Source: an uncultured delta proteobacterium
GTDB taxonomy: Bacteria > Desulfobacterota > Desulfomonilia > UBA1062
Direction of reading: 5' to 3'
Assembly (NCBI GenBank): GCA_963785235.1
Contig: CAWAUM010000002.1
Location: 128,001 to 192,000, forward strand
DNA: 64,000 nucleotides
The number at the start of each line of letters is the position of its first letter. Position 1 is the stretch's first letter. Below, piece after piece: positions 1 through 11,216 of this stretch. The notes under the pieces were generated by a model. It saw only the letters and a program-made list of their open reading frames with translations, was not told where the DNA came from and searched no databases. The translations under genes were made by a program, and so were the position numbers.

Positions 1-1
1 C

Positions 2-1253
2 GGGCTGCTGGACCGTATGAGGGCCATGCCTGATGAGGTGGACGGAGCTGTCAGAGGGATCATCGAGCAGGTCAGGATCAGGGGAGATGAGGCCCTGTTC
101 GAATACACCAGGACCTTTGATAAGTTCGACCCGGAAAAAGACGGGTTCTGCTTCGGGCCGGATGAGATCGCAAAGGCATACCAGGAAGCACCGAAAGACA
201 TCCTCGAGGCACTCGAGTGTGCAGCAAGACGCATAGATGAGTTCCATTCCCACCAGAAGGAGCAGTCCTGGTTCATCACCGATGAATCGGGCACCATCCT
301 TGGGCAGAAGGTCACGGCTGTAGGCAGTGCAGGTATCTATGTCCCGGGAGGGAAAAACGCTTTTCCATCAACGCTCCTCATGAATGTGATTCCCGCGAAG
401 ATTGCCGGGGTAGAGAATGTCGTTGTGGTATCCCCCACCCCTTCGGGCAGGGTCAGCCAGACTCTCCTTGCCGCTGCACATATTGCAGGGGTGGGGAGGA
501 TCTACCGTATCGGAGGCGCCCAGGCCATAGCCGCCCTGGCCTTCGGAACCAGGAGCATCCCCAGGGTTGACAAGGTGGTCGGCCCGGGCAACATTTATGT
601 GGCGCATGCCAAGAGGCTCCTTCAGGGGACCATCGGCATCGACGCCTTTGCAGGCCCTTCCGAGATCCTCGTGATCGCGGATGACGGGGCTGACGCTTAT
701 GTGGTTGCATGCGACCTGCTCTCCCAGGCCGAGCACGATACCCATGGCATCCTCTATCCTGATCACACCTTCGGCGGCCCTGGCTGCGGCGGTATTGAAG
801 GAGTTGGAAAAGGCCATAGTCACCCTGCCACGCAAGGACACCATCAGGGACGCCCTCGATAACCACGGGGCGTGCATCGTGACAAAAGACCTGGATGAGG
901 CTATCGATATCGCGAACCGGGTGGCGCCTGAACACCTGGAGCTCATGCTGGACAACGCCTATGAGTATCTCGGCAGGATCAAGAATGCAGGGGCCGTGTT
1001 CCTGGGTTATATGACGCCGGAGGCCATGGGCGATTATGTGGCCGGACCAAACCATACCCTGCCAACCGGATCAACGGCGCGGTTCTATTCGCCGCTGGGC
1101 GTCTATGATTTCACCAAGCGCACCTCGGTCATCGGGATATCACAGAAAACCCTCGATGCATTAGGGCCTATGGCGGTGCGCATCGCCCAAGCCGAGGACC
1201 TGGAGGCGCATGCACGATCTGTTCAATGCCGCCAAAAGAAACATAATCCTTAA
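2..1253 (+). CDS. hisD: Histidinol dehydrogenase, 5'-truncated by window edge, apparent frameshift at ~740
   Basis: Motifs GIYVPGG, GGAQAIAALAFG, VGPGNIYV, AGPSE, DLLSQAEHD in ORF 17..862; APEHLEL, GDYVAGPNHTLPT in ORF 681..1253. Removing one base near 740 joins them (AEHD-PMASSIL). Confidence 0.95.
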
Positions 1254-2542
1254 AGGTATCCTTCCTCACCTGCCGGGGAAGACCTATCTTGTGGGTGGGT
1301 GTGTACGAGACCTGATGCTGGGCGCCGAGCCATCCGACTTCGACCTTGTCACCTTCGGATCGTCCATGGACCTGGCACGGCAGCTCGGCATAATTTTGGG
1401 CGGCAAGGCCTTTTTCATGGACCAGGAACGTCAGATGGCACGGGTAGCACTGAACCACGGAGACCTGACCATAGACGTATCACCTCCTAAGGGGAACCGA
1501 CATAGCAGCAGACCTTGCGGAGCGGGATATCACCATCAATGCCATGGCCTTGAATCCCTTTGATGGCACACTCATCGACCCACTTGGAGGACAAAAGGAC
1601 CTGCAGGAAAAACGGATCCGGCTTATTGGGGAAAAGAACCTGAGGGACGACCCACTTCGGGGGTTGCGCTGCCTGAGGTTCTCCGTGCAGCTTGGGTTTT
1701 CCCTTGATAGCCTCACTATGGAAATGATCAAGAAAAATGCAGAAAACCTTGACAGGATTGCCCCTGAACGGATCAAATACGAATTCTTGAAGGCACTGAT
1801 ATGTCCTGACAGCGCAACATTTTTCAGCCTCCTCGTTGATGCGGGGTACCCCCACGTGCTCTTCATGACCCCGCTGGATAAAGATCGGATTGGTCTGAGC
1901 CTTGTGTGTGTATCAGGCATAGAGTCCCTTCTCCTGGATGTGCCCTCATACCTCCCCGGTATAAAAGACTCCTTTGCAGATGAGCTGGAGCACGGTTTCA
2001 CCAGGTCCGGGGCACTGCGGCTAGCAGGCTTTTTTGCCTGTGTGGCCGAATCGTCGCAGCTCAATTATAATGAAGACCTGGTGAACACCTGGTGCACGAG
2101 GCTGGCCCTTTCTTCCCTGGCAGGCCGCGTCATTGCAAAGACCATCTCAGGCATGCTGCAGGTGCTTAACCTTGACGAGAAATCCTTTCTCAGCAGCAGG
2201 GGCATGCACCGGCTCTTGTCTGTGTATCAGCATTGTTTGCCGGAGATGCTCCTGCTGGCTCTTGCCTCTGATGCCCTTACAGTCCAGAAGGACGCAGACA
2301 AAACAAGGGATGTATCCATCGAGACACGCGTCGCATCCCTGTGGGAGTATTTCCAGGGAACCTATAAGGCCCAGGTGGCAAACCCGTTACTCACAGGCCA
2401 TGACATCATGGAAAACTTATCAGTGGAGCCGGGTCCAAAGGTGGGGGAACTGCTGCGACTAGTGGAAGAGGGCCGGGCGGACGGTATTATATCCAGCCTC
2501 GACCAGGCCCTGGAATACCTCAGGTCAATCATGGCAGAATAA
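1210..2542 (+). CDS. cca: CCA-adding enzyme/poly(A) polymerase family nucleotidyltransferase, apparent frameshift at ~1495
   Basis: YLVGGCVRD..DFD in ORF 1210..1563; DLAERDITINAMA and DDPLRGLR, ERIKYE, LLTGHDIM..PGPKVG in the frame of ORF 1544..2542. Confidence 0.9.
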
Positions 2543-2784
2543 CACTCAACATTTCTACGCACATCTTACTTTCACCGCACATGCCAGATTCAAGGCAGGA
2601 GAATGAGTGAGGACATTTCATTGTTGCTTTCAAAATCACCTTGGGCACAATAACGGACATATCTTTCATACACCTTTTTTAAAAAAATATGAATATTATT
2701 AGGCTATCAATATCTTTGATATATAACTTGATCAAGACTTCTTTATTCATAACGCTTTGCCTATTTCGAACCCGAGATTAGAGC

Positions 2785-3213
2785 TTATGACTCAAATCTA
2801 TCTTTGAGGTTCATGATGGTCATATCAGCATCTCGGTCATTATTCTGATGGATCAATTTCTCTGCATTTTTTCCCAAAACTTGAACTGGGATTGAATAAT
2901 CAATATCAAGATCCAAGGTTGTCACGTTCTTATGAGTCTCAAGCTTGAACTCCCACGTAGCATCGATACCGCCTTTGCTTTTAACTACAACACGTTTGTT
3001 TGGGATATCTTCAATATTGGTGGCTTCTCCTTTAAATTTCATCCCGGCCATCTTCCAGGTCCAGGTGTAGTGTGCGCCAACACCAGACCCTTTCACATCT
3101 TTAACCTCGAGCAGGTTCGTTATCCACTCCGGATATTTTCTGAGCTCCTCGATATAAGAGTAGACCTTCTCTACCGGTGCATTGATCTCAACCCTTTTGT
3201 GAATTCTTGGCAT
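2785..3213 (-). CDS. SRPBCC/polyketide cyclase-like (START superfamily) protein
   Basis: N-terminal VEINAPVEKVYSY...YPEW signature, 142 aa, AGGAGG RBS. Confidence 0.85.
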   Translation of the reverse strand: MPRIHKRVEINAPVEKVYSYIEELRKYPEWITNLLEVKDVKGSGVGAHYTWTWKMAGMKFKGEATNIEDIPNKRVVVKSKGGIDATWEFKLETHKNVTTLDLDIDYSIPVQVLGKNAEKLIHQNNDRDADMTIMNLKDRFES

Positions 3214-3464
3214 ACTTATTACCTCCTTTCTTTCGTTCTTCTGCCAAGTGTTATCTTCGAAACCACAGATAAACCAATCCGGCAGATTCGTCTCCCTTCA
3301 TGTATAATTTTGACATAAACCATCCCGTTCAAGGGGTTCATCGTGGTGTAATGAAAATTAAAAGGTAACCAATGAATCATTATAAAGAGACACTCAACAG
3401 CATCTACAAAGAATCTATATGCGAATAATCAGACTATATAAAGATACTTCGGTCACTAGGAAAA

Positions 3465-4604
3465 TCAATAGCCATGGACGAGATCGATCACCGTGACTTC
3501 CGGAGGGGAGAGAAAGCGTATGGGCGGCCCCCACGTGCCGGTTCCCCGGTTCACATAAAGGCGGGACCCCTTTGGCAGGTCATACCATCCTGCAATATGC
3601 GAGAAAGAGAGTTGCACCAGATAACGAAAAGGGTAGATCTGTCCTTGGTGGGTATGTCCTGAGAGTTGAAGGTCATAGTTCCCGAGCGATCTTTGATCAA
3701 CAAAAGGCTGATGTTTGAGGAGGAGGGTGAACTTATCCTTTGGCAACAAATTGAGCAGTTCATGCTCCGGCATACCTCTAGACTGGCCGAAATACTTGCC
3801 GGTAGGGTCGTCGACACCTGCAATGTTGATGATGCCCCCGACACTCATTACCTCGTTCCTCAAGATGGTGAAACCGGCCATCCTTGTAATTTCAAGGGCC
3901 TGCGGGAGGCCGGCATAGAATTCATGGTTGCCTGTAATGGCGTATTTCCCGTATCGAGGTTGTATCTCCTGAAAGGCCTCGGCCAACCCTGCGAGGCTGT
4001 CGATCTGTCCGTCCACAAGATCCCCCGTAGATATGAGGATGTCAGGGTTCGCCTTGTGTATCACAGAGAGGATATTCCTTAATCTTTCTTCGCGCACGAT
4101 GATGCCAAGATGGACATCGGAGATCTGTGCAATCCGCAGGTGCCCAATTGCCTCAGGGATTTTGGGTGATCTGAGGGTTATCATCTCGGTGCGAATGTTC
4201 ATTGCGGCGAAATATCCATAAACGGCAATGCCCAAGGCAAGAAAGAGGGGGACAAGAAAAGCGATTCTCGCAGAGGGCAGGAACAGGCCTGTATCTTTGT
4301 GAAAGATCAGCCCTGTACCGTGTACGAAGAGGTGATAGAGATCGGTCAAAAGAGAAAGGGTAAAAAACAGGAATATAATGCCCATCCAATTGTAACCGAT
4401 GTATGCCATCAAACGGGCTGAAAATTCATATCCATGCCTTTCCAGTATGCGGACAAAAATAGGGGCAAAGGTCATGACTGCTAAAAAGAACCCCAGGATT
4501 ATGCCAGCACCGGCCCCAAAAGGGAAGGCGCCCTTCACCTTGAAGAAAGCATAGACATGCACTGCACTATAAACGCTGAAAATGGTGAGTAGGAATAATG
4601 ACAT
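3465..4604 (-). CDS. Membrane-anchored metallophosphoesterase (YkuE/YaeI-like)
   Basis: Four N-terminal hydrophobic segments; DVH, GDLVD, GNHE, SGHTHQGQ, GTWGPPIR motifs. Start set at ATG 4604 behind AAGGAG. Confidence 0.9.
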   Translation of the reverse strand: MSLFLLTIFSVYSAVHVYAFFKVKGAFPFGAGAGIILGFFLAVMTFAPIFVRILERHGYEFSARLMAYIGYNWMGIIFLFFTLSLLTDLYHLFVHGTGLIFHKDTGLFLPSARIAFLVPLFLALGIAVYGYFAAMNIRTEMITLRSPKIPEAIGHLRIAQISDVHLGIIVREERLRNILSVIHKANPDILISTGDLVDGQIDSLAGLAEAFQEIQPRYGKYAITGNHEFYAGLPQALEITRMAGFTILRNEVMSVGGIINIAGVDDPTGKYFGQSRGMPEHELLNLLPKDKFTLLLKHQPFVDQRSLGNYDLQLSGHTHQGQIYPFRYLVQLSFSHIAGWYDLPKGSRLYVNRGTGTWGPPIRFLSPPEVTVIDLVHGY

Positions 4605-4866
4605 TGTGGTCTCCTTGAAGCTTATCACGGTTGTCGTGATATTATTATACTTGATAGAGGATAGATAAAAATTTTCAAGTACCTGGATGGAGTGGTCTTG
4701 GATATATGGCAGCATCAGAGTACATCATCACTTTAGCCACTATGAATAGCCCTGATTAAGCTTTTTTAGTTTATAGACATCATAAAGCAGATATGAAATT
4801 GAATCTCAGGTTTTTCCAAATATTATAAAATCGTCTCTGACCGTGCTTTTCCTTGGTGGTCCCCGT

Positions 4867-5463
4867 TTACTCCTCCCTTGACACCGCGTGCGCAATTCGT
4901 ACAATTTCTTGAGCGATATCTTCAGGTGAAAGAACAAAATCTATACACCCGCTTGCTATTGCGCTCTGAGGCATATCCGGCTGCCCGGCAGTGTCGAGCT
5001 TCTGCGCGATGGTAATGCCTCCCGCTTCTTTTATGCCGCACAGTGCTGCTGCCCCATCACCATCATAGCCAGAGACAATGACAGCAATAAGTTTGCCGTC
5101 CCAGTACTCAGTTAGGGAACGCAGAAAAACTGTAATCACATCGGGCCATCCCCTCGGCTTTGATATCGGCTTGAGACGGAACTCTCCATCAAGAACATGC
5201 AAATCACTCTGTTCCGGGATTATGAACACATGGTTGGGCTCGATGAGTAATTTTTCCGTGATCAGTTCAACCGGCATCTTAGTGTAGCGCGGGAGGATCT
5301 CGTGGAGGTGGGTGGCTACGGTTCTCAGGTGATTAACGATGACGATAGCAACACCCATATCGGCCGGCAGATGGCTTAATAACCGGATATAGGCATCGAG
5401 GCCACCGGCCGAACCGCCAACGCAAACGATAGGAAAGTCTTTTGCAACACTCTTAGCCTTCAT
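4867..5463 (-). CDS. Stand-alone CheB-type methylesterase catalytic domain (no receiver domain)
   Basis: GGSAGG (Ser), NHL (His), SGYDGDGA (Asp), GGITIAQ..TA.QPDMP.SAI typical of the CheB domain of CheBR fusions. Confidence 0.9.
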   Translation of the reverse strand: MKAKSVAKDFPIVCVGGSAGGLDAYIRLLSHLPADMGVAIVIVNHLRTVATHLHEILPRYTKMPVELITEKLLIEPNHVFIIPEQSDLHVLDGEFRLKPISKPRGWPDVITVFLRSLTEYWDGKLIAVIVSGYDGDGAAALCGIKEAGGITIAQKLDTAGQPDMPQSAIASGCIDFVLSPEDIAQEIVRIAHAVSREE

Positions 5464-5690
5464 AGGCAATTCCTCCCATGATATGAACTCCCTTTTTTCG
5501 CTATAAAAAAGTATACTACCAACTCGACAAAACCATGTAGGAAATGTTTACATTGTAGTATATCCGTTTCAGCACTACTATTTTAAGACTGTATGTTTTT
5601 TACTATATTATAAGAGCTGAGAGCTCCATTGCAACCTGGGGTGATACTATGGACGGTTATGTGTAAACACTACCACCTGAGAAATTAGTA

Positions 5691-7352
5691 ATGACTAAAA
5701 AAGATACAATAAAGACCAGCTCAACAAACCTGCGCAGTCGCGCAGAGGCAGAACTGAAGGATCGCCCTGCCGGCCAGGGCGACATCTCACTGGAAAAAAC
5801 CCAGCGCCTGCTCCACGAACTAGAGGTGCACCAGATCGAGCTGGAAATGCAGAACAAAGAACTGCACCGGTCGCAGGAGGAGCTGGAAATCTCCCGGACC
5901 AAGTATTTTGACCTCTTTGACCTCGCCCCGGTGGGGTATCTTACCCTGGATGAGAAAGGGCTCATCCTGGAGGCGAACCTGACAGCCTCACGGTTACTCG
6001 GGATAGAACGAAGTTCTCTGGTCAAACAGCCCCTTATACGATTTATCATCAGTGAGGACCAGGCCGGTTACTGCCTGCAGAACAAGCTACTTCTCGAAAC
6101 GGGCATGCCGCAGACCTTCGAATTGAGGATGATGCGCCAAGACGGTTCCACCCTCTGGATACTCATGGAGACGAGCGCCAAACTCTCAAGTGACAGCGGT
6201 TTGTTCATGTACAAGGTTGTCATGAGCGATATCTCCATACAGAAACGTTTAGGAGAGGCTTTACAAGAAGCTCACAACGAACTGGAACAACGTGTAGAGG
6301 AGCGGACAATTGAACTCAGGACAGCCCTTTCTGAAATCAACACATTGAAAGAACAGCTCGAGGCCGAGAACATTTACTTCCGCAACGAGAATAAAAAGAA
6401 GCATCAATTTGAGAATATTATCGGGAAAAGCGACGGGCTCAAGTATGTTCTCTACCGGGCGGAACAAGTTGCCCCTGCCAACACAACGATCCTCATCCTT
6501 GGTGAAACCGGTACGGGAAAAGAGCTGATCGCTGCCGCCATCCATAACATGAGTCCCCGCAAGGAACGGCCATTGATAACGGTCAACTGTGCCGCCCTGC
6601 CGGCCAATTTAATAGAGAGCGAATTGTTCGGCCGGGAGAAGGGGGCATTTACCGGGGCCGATGCCCGGCGGGTAGGCCGGTTCGAGGTGGCCAATGGCTC
6701 CACTATTTGCCTGGACGAGATCGGGGAGCTGCCCCTTGAGTTGCAGTCAAAGCTGCTCCGGGTGATTCAGCATAACGAGTTTGAGCGCCTGGGCTCGTCC
6801 CATACCATCAAGGTCGATGTGCGGATCATTGCAACAACCAATCGAGACCTTGAAGAAGAGATCCGCAAGGGTCGGTTCCGGCAGGACCTTTACTACCGGC
6901 TCAACGTCTTTTCCATCTCGATCCCGCCACTTAGGCACCGCAAAGAAGATATCCCGCCCATGGTCCAAGCCTTCGTAGAGAGGTATGCCAGAAAATTGGG
7001 CAAACAGATCACGTCCATCCAGAAGGAAACGATGAAGGTATTGCAGGAATACCCATGGCCAGGGAACGTCCGGGAGCTGGAAAGCATCATTGAACGGGCC
7101 GTGATCTTGTGCCCCGGGCCGGTTCTGCAACTGACGGACAAGCTGGGTATTTCATCCACCACACGTTCATCCACGTTGAGGACCTTAGAAGAGGTGGAGC
7201 GAAACCATATTCTTAAAATCCTTTCTGAAACGAGGTGGCGAATCGAGGGAAAGGACAAGGCCGCGGCGATCCTGGGCATGCACCCGAGTACCTTACGGGC
7301 GAGGATGCATAAGCTCGGGATAGTCCGACCGAAGAGAAAATACTCAAATTAG
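5691..7352 (+). CDS. Sigma54-dependent enhancer-binding protein: coiled coil-PAS-coiled coil-AAA+-Fis HTH
   Basis: [47 protein letters not shown]-terminal HTH; N-terminal [27 protein letters not shown] module. Confidence 0.95.
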   Translation: MTKKDTIKTSSTNLRSRAEAELKDRPAGQGDISLEKTQRLLHELEVHQIELEMQNKELHRSQEELEISRTKYFDLFDLAPVGYLTLDEKGLILEANLTASRLLGIERSSLVKQPLIRFIISEDQAGYCLQNKLLLETGMPQTFELRMMRQDGSTLWILMETSAKLSSDSGLFMYKVVMSDISIQKRLGEALQEAHNELEQRVEERTIELRTALSEINTLKEQLEAENIYFRNENKKKHQFENIIGKSDGLKYVLYRAEQVAPANTTILILGETGTGKELIAAAIHNMSPRKERPLITVNCAALPANLIESELFGREKGAFTGADARRVGRFEVANGSTICLDEIGELPLELQSKLLRVIQHNEFERLGSSHTIKVDVRIIATTNRDLEEEIRKGRFRQDLYYRLNVFSISIPPLRHRKEDIPPMVQAFVERYARKLGKQITSIQKETMKVLQEYPWPGNVRELESIIERAVILCPGPVLQLTDKLGISSTTRSSTLRTLEEVERNHILKILSETRWRIEGKDKAAAILGMHPSTLRARMHKLGIVRPKRKYSN

Positions 7353-7378
7353 ACTGTCCCCCCTCCTTTCAAAGTACC

Positions 7379-7412
7379 CCTCAATATGTTGAGGTTCCGC
7401 TAAATCTTGAGG
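7379..7412 (+). promoter_or_regulatory. Candidate tandem enhancer (UAS) for the sigma54 activator, copy 1
   Basis: CCTCAA-tatg-TTGAGG palindrome (7379-7394) plus a second TTGAGG half-site 18 bp downstream; ends ~99 bp upstream of the -24 element. Confidence 0.65.
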
Positions 7413-7510
7413 CCAACCGATTCATTTCATACTTATCTGCTATTCCCTCCTCTTCATCTAACCCTCTTTATTAAAAATTGTTTTCAATCTTCTGATCTTT
7501 GTTTTGCTGT

Positions 7511-7526
7511 TGGCTGGCCATTTGCA
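7511..7526 (+). promoter_or_regulatory. Sigma54 -24/-12 promoter, copy 1
   Basis: TGGCTGGCCATTTGCA with exact GG-N10-GC spacing; conserved in the second copy at 11190. Confidence 0.8.
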
Positions 7527-7537
7527 CTAACATTTGT

Positions 7538-7666
7538 ATGATCCTGGTAATCATAAGAATGAAGGTCCTTTCTGAGAAGCGCCTGGAGTTGTCGCAGGCA
7601 ATTGCTTCACTGTTCGGTTCAACAAGGATGGATAGGTATGCCAATAATCAATTCAAAACCTTATAG
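7538..7666 (+). pseudogene. Truncated ABM-family (antibiotic biosynthesis monooxygenase-like) remnant, 42 aa
   Basis: MILVIIRMKVLSEKRLELSQAIASLFGSTRMD matches the N-terminus of the 11217 protein, then jumps to the CsbD leader region. Confidence 0.7.
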
Positions 7667-7676
7667 GAGGAATACT

Positions 7677-7856
7677 ATGAAAGACAGTACGAAGGACCAG
7701 ACGGAAGGCAAGTTTCACAAAGTAAAGGGGAAATTCAAGGAGGTCGCCGGAAAACTCAGCGATAATAATAAGTTGGAAGCCGAAGGCACCGGAGAAAAGA
7801 TAGCCGGTAAAGTTCAGGAAAAGATCGGTCAAGTAGAGAAGGTTCTGGAGAAGTAG
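7677..7856 (+). CDS. CsbD-family general stress protein, copy 1
   Basis: MKDSTKDQTEGKFHKVKGKFKEVAGKLSDN.KLEAEG..EKIAGKVQEKIG; AGGAGG RBS. Confidence 0.92.
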   Translation: MKDSTKDQTEGKFHKVKGKFKEVAGKLSDNNKLEAEGTGEKIAGKVQEKIGQVEKVLEK

Positions 7857-7942
7857 TGAGCGCGGCCTATCATGTACCAGCGGTTAACGGAAGAATCCGA
7901 AACTGACAGAGATGTTCAACAAAGTAAAAGGAGGAAATTACC

Positions 7943-8035
7943 ATGGATAATACAACTCTTATCATTCTCATCGTCGTGTTGTTCCTAGTGTTCGGCGGGG
8001 GTGGCGGTTACTATTGGTCTAGAGGACGGAGGTAA
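7943..8035 (+). CDS. 30-aa single-pass membrane microprotein (not in ORF track)
   Basis: MDNTTLIILIVVLFLVFGGGGGYYWSRGRR; strong AAGGAGG RBS; stop 4 nt before the next start. Confidence 0.75.
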   Translation: MDNTTLIILIVVLFLVFGGGGGYYWSRGRR

Positions 8036-8039
8036 AGTT

Positions 8040-8702
8040 ATGGCTTCTAAAAACATAGCCGTTTATGGAATCTATCCGAACCGGCCAATGGTTGAAAAGG
8101 CGGTTGAAGAATTGAAAGATGCTGGATTTCGTAATGCGGATATCTCGGTGCTGTTCCCTGAAAGTGGCGGAACCAAAGAATTCGCAATCGAAAAGGAAAC
8201 CAAGGCTCCTGAGGGGGCAGCGACAGGAGCCGGAACCGGTGCGGTCATCGGCGGCGCTTTAGGGTGGCTTATGGGTATTGGCTTTTTGGTCATCCCTGGT
8301 ATTGGGCCCTTCATTGCGGCAGGTCCCATCATGACTGCTCTTGCTGGAGTCGGCGCTGCAGGGTTGGTCGGAGGGCTAGCCGGTGCGCTGATTGGCATGG
8401 GTATTCCCGAGTATGAAGCTAACCGATATGAAGGGCGTATCAAGAAAGGGGGAATTCTACTTTCTATCCATGCTGACGATAGAGAATGGAAGAATAAAGG
8501 TAAGGACATACTGAAACGTACCGGGGCTGAAGATATAGGAGATAAAGGAGAAGCCCACGCAGACTATGATGCAAGTGACAGACCTGGAACCAACACCCCT
8601 CAGCGGACAGATTATGAAGAGTCAAGAGCAGGTGAGTCTGTCGAGACAAGAACCCGCGACCTCCTTACTTCAAATACAGAAGGTCCTATCCGAGGCAAAT
8701 GA
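8040..8702 (+). CDS. General stress membrane protein (DUF3341/YflT-like, Gly-rich hydrophobic core)
   Basis: AVEELKDAGF..DISVL, APEGAATGAGTGAVIGG.LG.L.GIG...IPGIGPFIAAGP, GIPEYEA.RYEGRIKKGGILLS. Confidence 0.8.
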   Translation: MASKNIAVYGIYPNRPMVEKAVEELKDAGFRNADISVLFPESGGTKEFAIEKETKAPEGAATGAGTGAVIGGALGWLMGIGFLVIPGIGPFIAAGPIMTALAGVGAAGLVGGLAGALIGMGIPEYEANRYEGRIKKGGILLSIHADDREWKNKGKDILKRTGAEDIGDKGEAHADYDASDRPGTNTPQRTDYEESRAGESVETRTRDLLTSNTEGPIRGK

Positions 8703-8748
8703 TTGATTTTAACGTTTAAACTTTCTTAGGAGGATTTAGGTGGATAAC

Positions 8749-9138
8749 ATGGATAACGAAAAGAACATATACGAGATCCCAAAACATCAAGTTGGAGGAG
8801 AACCCGGTAGCGCCAGTGCTCAGAGCATTCTGGAACACGGCTCCGAAGTTTATGAGCAAGCAGAGCAGGCTGTAAGTGATGTTTACGATAAACCAACACA
8901 GACGGCAAGCGAAGCTTATAAACAGGCCACTGGTTATAGTGGTAAAAATCCTGGCAAGATAATCCTTATCTCATTAGTGATAGGAGTGGGGCTGGTGGTT
9001 CTCTTGATTGCAAGCTCTCGTCTCTCGTATACCGGACGGTTTGTCCAACCCATGCTCAAAGCACTCTCCGACATTGCTCGAGAGATTGTTCGTATAAGTG
9101 TATTGTTAACGGAAAAAGCAATGCAGAAAATTAGGTAA
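8749..9138 (+). CDS. Putative ElaB/YqjD(DUF883)-like tail-anchored protein
   Basis: Amphipathic helical repeats (EQAEQAVSDVYDK..ASEAYKQA) followed by KNP..ILISLVIGVGLVVLL. Confidence 0.55.
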   Translation: MDNEKNIYEIPKHQVGGEPGSASAQSILEHGSEVYEQAEQAVSDVYDKPTQTASEAYKQATGYSGKNPGKIILISLVIGVGLVVLLIASSRLSYTGRFVQPMLKALSDIAREIVRISVLLTEKAMQKIR

Positions 9139-9349
9139 AGTTCCAAGTCTGAAAGAAAAAAAGAGGATCGCTATGCACAACTCAGAAGAAGGGAAAGTGG
9201 GATGGATTTTACTTTGGCTCTTGGGAATCCCGATCCCGGTTTTAGTGGTGCTGTTTCTCATACGTGGGTGCACCTGAGGGAAACCGCAGTTGTTTTAGAG
9301 GTATGTGTGCTATTTAAGGTGAGGCGTAAGGTTTTCTTGAAAGAACAAC

Positions 9350-11008
9350 ATGGATGTCGAAGAGAATGGGAAGGTGGCACAGCAAAGACAGGAAGGCCAG
9401 GAAACGGCGAACAAACGTGTGACAAAAATCTTCCGCTCCATTCCTAGATGGCTGCGCTGGAGTGCCGGGATCCTTTTCGGCATTCTGCTTCTTCTTTTCA
9501 TTGCGCCTTGCTTCCTGGATGAACCGCTCCGGAAATCCATGGAAAGCAACATGAATAGCCATCTGAAAGGCTATTCGGTTCGGTTGCCCGGATTGCATTT
9601 CCAGGTGATAGGGTTATCGGTAACCCTGAAGGGATTAACCGTTTTGCAGCAGGAACACCCGAAACCTCCCGTGGCTGAGTTTCCCTATCTCAAGGCAAGT
9701 ATTCACTGGCAACAGGTTTTATTAGGCAAACTTGTTGCCGAGTTTCAACTCGACCGGCCTAAATTTCATCTCAACCTGCAACAGCTCCTCGCTGAAGCTG
9801 CCAGTAAAACACCGATCAAGGAGCGTGGATGGCAACAGGCAGTAGAAGATATTTATCCATTGAAGATCAACATCCTGAAGATAACTAACGGCGAAATGGT
9901 TTACATAGATCAGGATCCCGATCGCCCTCTTCTCCTGAGCCATATGAACCTGCAGGCAGAAAACATCCGCAATATACAAGCGCCGGACCAAGTCTACCCC
10001 TCCTCTTTCCATCTGGAAACAGTAATTTTCGGGACTGGTCATGGAGTCATCGACGGCAAAGCCAACTTCCTGGCCGAACCGGTTCCGGGAATAAATGCCG
10101 ATTTCAAGCTGAAAAAGGTCCCACTCGACTATTTCAAGCCAGTGTTCGCCCGCGCAAATCTGTCCATAAGCAAAGGTGAATTCTTCGCTTCAGGTAGAGC
10201 GGAGTATGCTCCGAAAGTAAAGACAGCTCATGTGAAAGACCTCACTATCAATAACCTGGAAATTGATTACATCCACACTACAGGTACTGCCGCCGCCGAA
10301 AAGAAACGTGCCCTCGAAGTCAAAAAAACAGCAGACAAGGTGAGCAACGATCCGAGTATGCTGCTCCGTATCGATCAGTTGAATCTGAACAGAAGCACCA
10401 TCGGCATGATCAATAAGAGCGTCAGTCCGCCTTACCGTATCTTCCTCGCCGATACCGATATTCATCTTACCAATCTCTCCAATCAGTTTGCACAGGGTCC
10501 TGCCGAAGCCAGGCTTCGGGGAAAATTCATGGGAAGCGGCGATACGGCTGCGGTGGCACACTTCCGGCCGGAAAAGAACGGGCCCGATTTCGATATCGAT
10601 CTTAAAATAAAGGATACAAAGCTGGTCTCAATGAACGATCTGCTTCGAACTTACGGAAATTTCGACGTCACTGCCGGCCTCTTTTCATTTTACACCGAGC
10701 TGCATGTCAAGAACAACGCCATTACAGGCTACGTTAAACCTCTTTTCAGAGATATGAAGGTATACGACAAGCGAAAAGATAAAGAGAAAAGCGTTTTCCA
10801 TAATATGTACGAGATGATGGTTGGCGGTGTCGCCAAGCTTCTCGAAAACAGGCCTCGAGGCGAGGTCGCAACCAAAGCAGATATTTCCGGACCGGTGGGG
10901 AGTCCAAAAACAAATACACTCCAGATCATTGGTCAACTCATCAAGAACGCCTTCTTCATGGCTATTCTCCCCGGCCTCGAAAAAGAGGATCCCAGCTTGA
11001 GGCGATGA
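9350..11008 (+). CDS. DUF748/AsmA-like domain protein
   Basis: N-terminal membrane anchor, beta-rich body, G.F.FYTEL....ITGYVKPLF..VATKADISG...LIKNAFF.AILPG C-terminus. Confidence 0.8.
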   Translation: MDVEENGKVAQQRQEGQETANKRVTKIFRSIPRWLRWSAGILFGILLLLFIAPCFLDEPLRKSMESNMNSHLKGYSVRLPGLHFQVIGLSVTLKGLTVLQQEHPKPPVAEFPYLKASIHWQQVLLGKLVAEFQLDRPKFHLNLQQLLAEAASKTPIKERGWQQAVEDIYPLKINILKITNGEMVYIDQDPDRPLLLSHMNLQAENIRNIQAPDQVYPSSFHLETVIFGTGHGVIDGKANFLAEPVPGINADFKLKKVPLDYFKPVFARANLSISKGEFFASGRAEYAPKVKTAHVKDLTINNLEIDYIHTTGTAAAEKKRALEVKKTADKVSNDPSMLLRIDQLNLNRSTIGMINKSVSPPYRIFLADTDIHLTNLSNQFAQGPAEARLRGKFMGSGDTAAVAHFRPEKNGPDFDIDLKIKDTKLVSMNDLLRTYGNFDVTAGLFSFYTELHVKNNAITGYVKPLFRDMKVYDKRKDKEKSVFHNMYEMMVGGVAKLLENRPRGEVATKADISGPVGSPKTNTLQIIGQLIKNAFFMAILPGLEKEDPSLRR

Positions 11009-11056
11009 AGTGCCTCGCTCTTTTAATGACGATCCCACCTTCACGTCATCTTAATT

Positions 11057-11090
11057 CCTCTTTATATTGAGGTTCCACCAAATATTGAGG
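11057..11090 (+). promoter_or_regulatory. Candidate tandem enhancer (UAS), copy 2
   Basis: CCTCtttataTTGAGG-tt-CCaccaaataTTGAGG; same 18-bp half-site spacing, ~100 bp before the -24 element. Confidence 0.65.
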
Positions 11091-11189
11091 CTAAACGGAT
11101 CATTTCATACTTTGCTGCTGTTCTTACTTATTCATTTAACCTGCTGTTAATAAATATTTATTTCAGATTTCTGATATTCTTTGAGCTCT

Positions 11190-11205
11190 TGGCCGGCCAT
11201 TTGCT
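11190..11205 (+). promoter_or_regulatory. Sigma54 -24/-12 promoter, copy 2
   Basis: TGGCCGGCCATTTGCT with exact spacing. Confidence 0.8.
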
Positions 11206-11216
11206 GTAACACTTGC

